Shown in pieces: positions 9,335 to 16,216 of a stretch of DNA of 64,000 nucleotides. Positions within the stretch are counted from its first letter, which is position 1; each line of letters opens with the position of its first letter. This DNA comes from Methanomassiliicoccales archaeon UBA147 (lineage in GTDB: Archaea; Thermoplasmatota; Thermoplasmata; SG8-5), in assembly GCA_002496385.1 (NCBI GenBank), contig DAJR01000027.1, positions 1,155 through 65,154 of the forward strand, in the 5' to 3' direction. The notes beneath the pieces were generated by a model. The model saw only the letters and a list, made by a program, of their open reading frames with translations. It did not search any database and was not told the DNA's origin. The position numbers were made by a program, and so were the translations under genes.

Positions 9335-9490
9335 GGGGCTAGGGGCTTTGCATACAATATGGAATAAAGGGTCTAGGGGCTTTGCATGGAAAATGGAATA
9401 AAGGGGCTAGGGTTTGCTGGCTGTCGTGAACAGCCAGCAAAAAACATATGTTAACAACCCTAGACCCCAGACCCCAGACCCTAGACCCCT
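9335..9490. repeat. Composite intergenic repeat element, copy 1. It has two 34-bp GGG(G/T)CTAGGGG units, a core hairpin, a palindrome and a (CCCYAGA)n arm.
   Basis: Read directly from the sequence. The units are ggggctaggggctttgcat...ggaataaa x2. The core is ggggctagggtt-TGCTGGCTG-tcgtgaa-CAGCCAGCA-aaaa-AACATATGTT-aac-aaccctagaccccagaccccagaccctagacccc. Confidence 0.9.
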
Positions 9491-9589
9491 GATTCACAAA
9501 GACAAACAAACCCTTTCAAGGGTCGGCAGTTTACTTTATCTAAAAATCTGTGCAGATTTTATTATCTCTTGCTTTCGCTGCAAGGCAAG

Positions 9590-9614
9590 AAAAAAAAAGG
9601 GGAGGATTAATCCT
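9590..9614 (-). terminator. Putative terminator of the FtsZ-like gene (palindrome plus T-run)
   Basis: On the minus strand, AGGATTAATCCT (9603-9614) is followed by CCCC and a run of 9 T (9590-9598). This lies 12 nt after the stop codon. Confidence 0.5.
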
Positions 9615-9625
9615 GATTAGTGATT

Positions 9626-10459
9626 CTAGAATCTCTGGAACACACCGCCCATCTCGACAAGGTTCTTGTCGGATGGCTGCGGATAGGCCAATGGCCCGAA
9701 TCCCTGGTCCGTGGCAATGCCGCACTCCGCAACCGTGAAACCCGGTTGCGAGCCTCCAAGGCTCGAAAGGTCTGTCTCGGACCTGAATGCCATTATCTCA
9801 TCGGCCATCACAGCCATGAAGGAACGGCTCATGGAATCGCTGACATCCCTGATTATCTTCACGACCATCGAGTCCATAATTGAATATGCCCTGGAGAGGG
9901 ATATGTCCCTGTCGAACTTGAGGAGCGCATCGTTGTCCAACGCTATTGTGCTGTCAGTGAGCAGCCTGAGTTTCTCGACATGCTCTTCGGCCATCTCTCT
10001 CCTCGAAGATTCCGCGCTGAATGGAAGGATGCAGACCGCGAAAGTGACCAACCCGAGGCCCTTCGCCATCTCGGCAACCATCGGGGCTACCCCGGTTCCG
10101 GTGCCGCCGCCGAATCCCGCGACAATGAACACGACATCCTTCGATATGAGGCATGAGCGGATGTCCTCCTGGGCAAGCTCCGCGCATCTCTGGGCCACCT
10201 CTATGTAACCTCCGGAATCATGGTTGAATGTGATGCTCTTTCCTATGCAGATCTTCCTGTCGGCGTCAACGAGCCTGAGGCCCGTCATGTCTGTGTTCAC
10301 GGCAATCCTGGGAACCCCCTTGAAATGCCCGCCCATCCGACCGACTGTCTGTATGCCAGCTCCACCGCAGCCGAGTATGACCATACGCGGCTCGCTCATA
10401 CAATCCGATATTATGTTGAGTATCTCGTTTTCCATCTTCACTTCCGACGCTAGGCTCAT
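9626..10459 (-). CDS. FtsZ/tubulin-superfamily GTPase, short form (N-terminal GTP-binding domain only)
   Basis: ILGCGGAG (T1), AVNTD and the tubulin signature GFGGGTGTG are present, along with LPFSAE and ALDNDALL. The protein ends about 60 aa after helix H7, so I see no T7 loop or C-terminal domain. An AGGAGGG Shine-Dalgarno-like sequence lies 8 nt upstream. Confidence 0.8.
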   Translation of the reverse strand: MSLASEVKMENEILNIISDCMSEPRMVILGCGGAGIQTVGRMGGHFKGVPRIAVNTDMTGLRLVDADRKICIGKSITFNHDSGGYIEVAQRCAELAQEDIRSCLISKDVVFIVAGFGGGTGTGVAPMVAEMAKGLGLVTFAVCILPFSAESSRREMAEEHVEKLRLLTDSTIALDNDALLKFDRDISLSRAYSIMDSMVVKIIRDVSDSMSRSFMAVMADEIMAFRSETDLSSLGGSQPGFTVAECGIATDQGFGPLAYPQPSDKNLVEMGGVFQRF

Positions 10460-10684
10460 CGTTATGCCCTCCTTTGATGAAATTGGAACGAAGGCCCGCC
10501 CTCAGGCATTTGCGGGGAATAATGCCGGACTTTCACCGATATGATTGAACCTGATGTTTCCCTTTCAGGCAGAGTGCATCCCATCCCTCTGACAGCCAAG
10601 GCCTTGCGCTTTACTCGAGCCGGATACTATTTCTGTTGATGTCTGACGACGGTTCTTCGTTCCCGATTGCGTTTGAATTGTCCT

Positions 10685-11071
10685 CTACGGTGTAATAATC
10701 TGTCTTGAGGTGCGGTTCTCGATTTCCACGTCCGCTTTCTTCCCTGCAGCGATCTCCATCCGCTTCATCGCCATGAATGCCTCCTTGACGCGCTCCTCGG
10801 TGAAAAAGCTGTCAATGGCGGCTTGCACTGCGTGTGCCTGCGACCTGTAGAATCCGCGGTTGACCATGGTCCCAATGAACTCTTTGACAAGCGGGGCCAC
10901 CTCGACCGTTATCGCGTTCTGCTGCTGCTGGGCGTCAAGCAAGGCACGGGCGGCGGCTCTTAAAAATTCGCTCCGGTTGGCATAGCCCTTGGTCCTGACC
11001 AAAGCGTCTATCTCTTCCATCATCGCCTTCTCGAAACGAGCCGAAATCCGTTCCTCAACCTGTTCCTGCAT
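10685..11071 (-). CDS. Ribbon-helix-helix (CopG/Arc/MetJ-type) DNA-binding protein, 128 aa
   Basis: RISARFEKAMMEEIDALVRTKGYANRSEFLRAAARALL is a canonical beta-alpha-alpha RHH segment. Confidence 0.75.
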   Translation of the reverse strand: MQEQVEERISARFEKAMMEEIDALVRTKGYANRSEFLRAAARALLDAQQQQNAITVEVAPLVKEFIGTMVNRGFYRSQAHAVQAAIDSFFTEERVKEAFMAMKRMEIAAGKKADVEIENRTSRQIITP

Positions 11072-11080
11072 TTTGCACCA

Positions 11081-11103
11081 ATTTGTCTGACAAATTTTTA
11101 TAT
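11081..11103 (-). promoter_or_regulatory. Candidate leaderless promoter plus operator of the 128-aa RHH gene
   Basis: On the minus strand, a TATAAAAA TATA-like box (11096-11103) lies about 25-30 nt upstream of the ATG (11071). A perfect palindrome ATTTGTC-T-GACAAAT (11081-11095) sits between the TATA box and the start. Confidence 0.4.
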
Positions 11104-11302
11104 CGTGTAAGACAAACGTAACCGATAATGTGTTTATGGTATAAATAGTTTTTGTTATTTGTCATTTTCACTCATAAATTTTGTCATACATTTGATTTTT
11201 TCTTGAGCACTGGCATGATTGAAAACCCATGCTTGAGGCAAAAATGAATGCCGAGCTTCTTGTTGTGGAAGGCTTCTGATTTGCATACCTGGCATATGTA
11301 CC

Positions 11303-11548
11303 TCATCGCATCGTCTCCTTCCATTCAACGATATCCGTTATGCTGTATTCCTCCCTTATCTGGACGAACGGGCAACCCACGCTTTTTCCCGTGTCGAAGC
11401 AATCGAATCCCTCCGAACGGATGCATCTTTCACATTCGGTTATGACCGCAAAAAGAAGCATTTTTTCCAACCTGGAGAATTCCCTGAGACCCATTTCCTC
11501 ATGTTCGCGGGTCACATCATCCGTCATTTCATGCGTGAGACTGGACAT
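11303..11548 (-). CDS. Small cysteine-rich hypothetical protein (81 aa)
   Basis: The start is set at MSSLTHEM, 4 nt after the upstream gene's stop. The cysteine pattern is C-x2-C...C...C (CERCIRSEGFDCFDTGKSVGC). The gene lies in an operon between the two RHH genes. Confidence 0.45.
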   Translation of the reverse strand: MSSLTHEMTDDVTREHEEMGLREFSRLEKMLLFAVITECERCIRSEGFDCFDTGKSVGCPFVQIREEYSITDIVEWKETMR

Positions 11549-11552
11549 AGTA

Positions 11553-11948
11553 TCAAAGCTCCTCCAGCTTCTTTGCTTTCTTTTTAAGTTCCTCAAGGGC
11601 GTCATCCGCGGCCATGTTCTCCCTGAGAATGGCTTCCATTCTGCCCCGGCGCCTCAGGTAGTAGATCTCCAGGTCCCTGAGCCAAAAATCCAACGCGAGA
11701 ACGACTGCCTCCTGGGAATCTCTGGCATCGCCGTTCATTATGTGTCTCTGAAGCCTTTCGGCAGTGCGATTCGGAATGTTCAGGGTGATTCCGGTGGTGT
11801 TCCATCCGTCCTTGTGTTCCATGACATAGCTGGCGATGGCCTCCCTGATGACCGAGCTTCGGCTCGTGAATCCCTCCCTCTGCCCTATGGCATCAAGTTC
11901 CTCGAGCAACTCGAGCTCCACCCTGACATCGACCCTTTCCTTATTCAT
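11553..11948 (-). CDS. Ribbon-helix-helix DNA-binding protein with a C-terminal coiled-coil extension (about 131 aa)
   Basis: VDVRVELELLEELDAIGQREGFTSRSSVIREAIASYV is an RHH segment. I prefer the start at MNKERV (11948) because the longer MCAQMCAQ extension is generated by a tandem DNA repeat. Confidence 0.7.
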   Translation of the reverse strand: MNKERVDVRVELELLEELDAIGQREGFTSRSSVIREAIASYVMEHKDGWNTTGITLNIPNRTAERLQRHIMNGDARDSQEAVVLALDFWLRDLEIYYLRRRGRMEAILRENMAADDALEELKKKAKKLEEL

Positions 11949-11958
11949 TCCATCCACC

Positions 11959-11981
11959 TGCGCACACATTTGCGCACACAT
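11959..11981. promoter_or_regulatory. Tandem direct repeat TGCGCACACAT x2 between a TATA-like box and the RHH gene start
   Basis: Copies at 11959-11969 and 11971-11981. A TATA-like tatttaata (minus strand) lies at about 11983-11993. Confidence 0.35.
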
Positions 11982-12094
11982 CTATTAAATACCTATCTGC
12001 TCCTATATCGAAAAGTCCGTATTTAAAAGTTTTGATTGTGAGTAACAGGTCAGGATTCTGATATTTTAAATTGTAGATTTTCGATTTTAGATTT

Positions 12095-12377
12095 TTGTTC
12101 ACAGCTTGCTGTTTTTTCATTTCTTTTTGGATAATGGGGTCTAGGGTCTTTGCTTACAAAATGGATTTAAGGGTCTAGGGTCTTTGCATGCAAAATGGGA
12201 ATAAGGGTCTAGGGTCTTTGGTTGTAAAATGGGATTAAGGGGCTAGGGATTGCTGGCTGTCATGAACAGCCAGCACAAAGCAAATGTTAGCAACTCTAGA
12301 CCCTAGACCCTAGACCCTAGTCCCTAGACCCAGACACATAAAATCGTTATTCAGATACTATTCCAGCGAACTCTTGC
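12095..12377. repeat. Composite intergenic repeat element, copy 2 (long form with conserved flanks)
   Basis: It has three 34-bp gggtctagggtctttg...aa units, then the core hairpin tgctggctgtcatgaacagccagca (12251-12275), then (ccctaga)n at 12301-12331. Its left and right flanks are near-identical to those of copy 3. Confidence 0.9.
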
Positions 12378-12422
12378 AAACCTGCGAAACAAGTAAATAC
12401 ATGATATCAAATATCTTTCATC

Positions 12423-12932
12423 ATGAGAGCTACGGTTGCGATAACTGTTCTGGCGATCTTCATGGTCATCGCCTCAATCGCATCGGCCAGCCCCGCCCTG
12501 AGCTCCCCCAAGGTCCTGCCAACCACAGGCACTTCGGGCGATGTTTTCACATTCACTGTTCATTACAAAGGGGATTCGCCGGTTTCCGTGACATTCTATG
12601 CCGACAATGCCCCTCTTGAGATGCAGGAAGTGGACCCCGGGGACCAGAATTACACCGATGGCAAGGACTATTTCATCCGTGTGAACCTGGAAGAAGGAAC
12701 AACCATTTATTATTTCAAGGCCACAACCGCCGCGGGCGAGGAAACGAGAACCGCCGCGACCACGATCAATGTCCAGCCTCCCGAAGGTTTGAGGGTCGAC
12801 CACATAGACGTCGTGCTGGCTGTCCTGATATTCCTCATTCCCACGGTGTGGGGTCTGGTCATGTTCCGGAGATTGTCAAAAGACCTTAGGGAGACAATGC
12901 AAATTCTGAAGGAGAGAAAAAAATCAGAATAG
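12423..12932 (+). CDS. Secreted, C-terminally membrane-anchored small protein (Ig-like ectodomain)
   Basis: Signal peptide MRATVAITVLAIFMVIASIASA. C-terminal TM VVLAVLIFLIPTVWGLVMF followed by a basic tail. Confidence 0.6.
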   Translation: MRATVAITVLAIFMVIASIASASPALSSPKVLPTTGTSGDVFTFTVHYKGDSPVSVTFYADNAPLEMQEVDPGDQNYTDGKDYFIRVNLEEGTTIYYFKATTAAGEETRTAATTINVQPPEGLRVDHIDVVLAVLIFLIPTVWGLVMFRRLSKDLRETMQILKERKKSE

Positions 12933-13757
12933 GTTGACAAGGTACAGGCGTTTGGTCCTGTTCATGCTGACCACATGCCCTGGTTTGAACCTCTCCTCAA
13001 TGCCCGCGAGTGCATTGACCAGTTCCACCATTTCTCTTTTCGTCGGGTTATCGAGGTCCAGCCCCACCTGCAGTATCTGGCGCTCTATCACCGGGCCGGC
13101 ATTGGCAGGCCCCCCGAACTGGTCGGTGAAGTCCGCGATGATGCGATCCAATGCATCTTTGAGATTGTTGATTTCTGTTTTGTCAATAATATATTGGGTA
13201 TAATTAAGTCGGGCGCTCTCCGTGTTCCTGAGGATAGCCTCGGCCAGTTCAGTGAAGACAGCCTCTACATTAAATCCGTCCTTGGAGCTGGTCAGGAATA
13301 CCTGCTTTCGCAGATTGCAAGGGTCATATTCTCTGGCAAGGTTATTCAATTCCCTTTCGCCGAACTCGGCCTGGGCCTGGAGGTCGCTTTTGTTCCCGAG
13401 AAAAACCATGGGCATCGCCCCGGATATGCTCAGCAGAGAAGGAATCCAGTAATCCTTGAGGCTCTGAAGTGTGTCTCCTCTGGTGACGTCGGAAACCAGA
13501 AGCGCTCCCTCGATGCCTCCGAAGGAGAGTGCCTGGGTATATTGGTATCCCCTCTGGCCGAGTATATCCCAGATCAGGAGAATGACATGCTTTTGGCCGG
13601 TGTCCGGTTTGAAGTACATGTCCTTCTTCGTCACCTTTGAACCAAGGGTGGTCATGTACTTGTCGCTGAACTGGTCCGTGACGAAACGGCGCACAAGACT
13701 CGTTTTTCCCGTGGCCCCGTCCCCGAGGAGTATGATGTTCTTTTTCAGGGTCTCCAT
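12924..13757 (-). CDS. Ras/Rab-like small GTPase with an approximately 100-aa C-terminal helical extension
   Basis: G1 GDGATGKT, G2 TTLG, G3 WDILGQ, G4 GNKSD and G5 TSSKDG are all present. Confidence 0.8.
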   Translation of the reverse strand: METLKKNIILLGDGATGKTSLVRRFVTDQFSDKYMTTLGSKVTKKDMYFKPDTGQKHVILLIWDILGQRGYQYTQALSFGGIEGALLVSDVTRGDTLQSLKDYWIPSLLSISGAMPMVFLGNKSDLQAQAEFGERELNNLAREYDPCNLRKQVFLTSSKDGFNVEAVFTELAEAILRNTESARLNYTQYIIDKTEINNLKDALDRIIADFTDQFGGPANAGPVIERQILQVGLDLDNPTKREMVELVNALAGIEERFKPGHVVSMNRTKRLYLVNLF

Positions 13758-13843
13758 GGGATGGACAATCAGCTGGAGGGTATTAATGTGTTTCCAATTA
13801 ATCTCTTGAATTTTGTATAATGCATAGGTGAAAAGATTAAAAC

Positions 13844-14998
13844 TCAGCTGATTTTTTCATCCTGGATTTCCAGCTTCATGTCCGCTCCGCAGGATGGGCA
13901 CTTCCCATCGTTCGCCGAGATGCAATCGGCATGCGCCACCCTTCCGCATTCGCACTTCACCGATGGCGAGGCCGGAGAAAGCGGTTTGCCGCAGTGCTGG
14001 CATAGTCCTTTCTTCCGTTGCGGGGATTCTTCCTTGACCGGTTCCCTGTCAAGCACTCCGAAGTACCTGAACATGACCAGCCAGAACACGGTTATCCAGG
14101 CCATGAATATCAATTCGCCGATGTTGTTGTGCGTCCACTGCATGGCCTCCGCGCCGTGATACCTGCCGACAATGATGATGATGGTCATCCTGAGGATGTT
14201 CGCGACCCAGGCAAGGAATATTCCGAGGGCCAGGAGGAGCGCTACCTTCCTGTCCGCCTTCTTATATTCCACGGCAACGAAGGCGATGAATGCCGACACG
14301 AATATCGCGACTGAGTAAAGACCGGTGCATGACAGCCCGATGCTCAGTGGGATCGGGAATCCATCGGGACCGGGGACCTCCATCATATTGTAAATCCGGA
14401 GGCCCGTCATCGGATCTGTGACCGGGGAGACCACGGCTATCCCGAGCAAGTTCGACAGGGCGGCGGTGGGCATGGCCAGTAAGTAGTAGATGAGCGGGGT
14501 GTTGGTGTCGGTCTCGCCTCCGCCCAGGCTCAGCAGGGTCGTCGGTATCACTAGGAAAACGAATAGAAGTATCACGAAAAGGAGGGCGAAGTCCCTCTCG
14601 ACGCGATATTTCGCGGGAATGTAATTGTAAGCGAGAAAGACCGCTGCCAGCACAAGTGCGACATAGTCATTGCTCCCGAGGTAGAATCCGTCCCTGAGGA
14701 ACAGGTTGAACGATGCCACCGCGACCAGCACCGCAATCCCCGCGGCCGGGATGAGCAATTTAAGGCGTCCTTCCAGCGTGACCAGGTTCACAAGGCGGGA
14801 GGCGATGTTGTCTTCCGCTGTTTTCTCTTTGGCAACGGCCTTTTCGCCTTTCGCAGCCCAGAGCAAAGCCCCGATGCCCGCGAGGATGAAAACAATCCCG
14901 ACCAGCCGGCTCATGTGGCTGAGCAATATCGCCAGGTTGAGCCCCCCGAAGAGAAGCACAAGACCGGCGACATACATTACCTTGTCAGCAGTTTTCAT
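13844..14998 (-). CDS. Archaeosortase-family transpeptidase (possibly ArtC-like) with an N-terminal TM extension and a C-terminal cytoplasmic zinc ribbon
   Basis: The protein is polytopic. It carries the conserved Cys/Arg/His triad contexts LSCTGLYS, ANILRMT and WTHNNIGE. The C-terminus is CQHCGKPL...CECGRVAHADC...CPSCG. Confidence 0.7.
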   Translation of the reverse strand: MKTADKVMYVAGLVLLFGGLNLAILLSHMSRLVGIVFILAGIGALLWAAKGEKAVAKEKTAEDNIASRLVNLVTLEGRLKLLIPAAGIAVLVAVASFNLFLRDGFYLGSNDYVALVLAAVFLAYNYIPAKYRVERDFALLFVILLFVFLVIPTTLLSLGGGETDTNTPLIYYLLAMPTAALSNLLGIAVVSPVTDPMTGLRIYNMMEVPGPDGFPIPLSIGLSCTGLYSVAIFVSAFIAFVAVEYKKADRKVALLLALGIFLAWVANILRMTIIIIVGRYHGAEAMQWTHNNIGELIFMAWITVFWLVMFRYFGVLDREPVKEESPQRKKGLCQHCGKPLSPASPSVKCECGRVAHADCISANDGKCPSCGADMKLEIQDEKIS

Positions 14999-15010
14999 TC
15001 AGCACCCCGA

Positions 15011-15901
15011 TCAAAAGAAGTCGGCAAGCCCCTTCCCGAGCTTCATGCCCGGTTTGAATCCCAGAATCTTCTTGGCCTTTGAGATGTCGGCGCTGCTGTG
15101 CAGTATATCGCCCTTGCGGGGTTCCGAATAGCTCACTTCCAGCTCCTTTCCCGAGAGCCTGATGACCTCGGCAGCAAGTTCATTGACTGTCGTGGCCTTT
15201 CCGGTGCCGCAGTTGAATGCCTGGCCCTTCGCATCCGGATTTCCGAGGCACAGCTTCACCATTCCCACGACATCGCTGACGTGGATGAAATCCCTGGTCT
15301 GGCTCCCGTCCCCGTAGATGGTCGGCGCCTCCCCGGCCTTCGCCCTCTCGACGAACCGCGAGATGACTCCGGAGTACGGGGAGTTCGGGTCCTGCCTCTT
15401 GCTGTAAATATTGAACGGGCGGATGCTGGTCACCCCCAATCCGTAGCTTTCCTGGAACGCGAATGCGTAATTCTCCCCAGCCAACTTGCTGACACCGTAG
15501 GGCGAGAGCGGCCTTGTCGGGTGCATCTCGCCGATGGGGACCCGCTCAGGATTGCCGAAAATCGCCGCCGAGGATATGTAAATGAACTGGCCGACCATGG
15601 ACTTGGCGGCCGTTTCCAGCAGGTTCACGGTCCCGAGTATGTTCTCCTTCGCATCGAAGACCGGGTCAGATACCGACCGGTCCACGCTGACCTGGGCGGC
15701 AGTGTGTATGACCGCGTCCCTCCCCCGGCAGAGGTTCATCGAGAGCCGATAATCCCCGATATCTCCGAGGATGTGCTTGGCGCCTTTCACTGGGTGTGCG
15801 GTGGGCTTGAGGTCCAGGCCAGTTATCTCGTGGTCCGCGGACAGTGCCTCGACAAGGTAGGAACCCAGCTGGCCCGATGCGCCGGTGACAAGTATTTTCA
15901 T
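15011..15901 (-). CDS. NAD-dependent epimerase/dehydratase (UDP-sugar 4-epimerase-like SDR)
   Basis: VTGASGQLGSYL is the GxxGxxG motif. The catalytic YxxxK lies in SPYGVSKLAGE. The gene ends 12 nt upstream of the archaeosortase gene start. Confidence 0.85.
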   Translation of the reverse strand: MKILVTGASGQLGSYLVEALSADHEITGLDLKPTAHPVKGAKHILGDIGDYRLSMNLCRGRDAVIHTAAQVSVDRSVSDPVFDAKENILGTVNLLETAAKSMVGQFIYISSAAIFGNPERVPIGEMHPTRPLSPYGVSKLAGENYAFAFQESYGLGVTSIRPFNIYSKRQDPNSPYSGVISRFVERAKAGEAPTIYGDGSQTRDFIHVSDVVGMVKLCLGNPDAKGQAFNCGTGKATTVNELAAEVIRLSGKELEVSYSEPRKGDILHSSADISKAKKILGFKPGMKLGKGLADFF

Positions 15902-15948
15902 AGATGGGAATCCCCTCAGGTATTATTTAAGGATTTTGACAAAAGTAA

Positions 15949-16216
15949 TTGTTCACAGTTTGCTGTTTTTTCATTTCTTTTTGTAACGGGGTCTAGGGTC
16001 TTTGTTCACAAGATGGTGTAAAGGGTCTAGGGTCTTTGCTTATAAAACGGAATAAAGGGGCTTTGTTTGCAAAATGGTATAAAGGGGCTAGGGTGTGCTG
16101 GCTGACTTGAACAGCCAGCAAAAAACAATTGTTACCAACCCTAGACCCTAGACCCTAGCCCCTAGACCCAGACACATAAAATCGTTATTTAGACACCTAT
16201 TCCAATGAACTCTTGC
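15949..16216. repeat. Composite intergenic repeat element, copy 3 (long form)
   Basis: It has the same flanks as copy 2 (ttgttcacag.ttgctgttttttcatttcttttt on the left; cagacacataaaatcgttatt.aga.ac.tattcca..gaactcttgc on the right). The core is tgctggctgacttgaacagccagca, with palindrome AACAATTGTT and (ccctaga)n. Confidence 0.9.

Noticed and set aside
9414-9620. A 68-aa ORF spans repeat copy 1 (MLAVVNSQQKTYVNNPRPQTPDPRPL...).
   Set aside because: Its sequence is dictated by the repeat hairpin and the CCCTAGA heptads (the PRPQTPDPRP segment). The equivalent frames in the other copies are not conserved as ORFs.
10685-11981. The RHH proteins could be antitoxins of toxin-antitoxin modules.
   Set aside because: Both are much larger than typical RHH antitoxins. 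No toxin-like gene (RelE/ParE/VapC/MazF) is adjacent. The intervening 81-aa protein has no toxin motifs that I recognise.
12136-12240. The tandem 34-bp gggtctagggtctttg... units could be a small CRISPR array.
   Set aside because: The units abut directly with no unique spacers. There are only 2-3 per locus and no cas genes are present. The units are partial duplications of the left arm of a larger inverted-repeat element.
12301-12331. The (CCCTAGA)n heptads resemble telomeric CCCTAAA repeats.
   Set aside because: The runs are only 4-5 units long and internal. They are paired with an inverted copy about 60-200 bp away, and they are embedded in ordinary intergenic regions of a prokaryotic gene map. 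They are therefore not chromosome ends.
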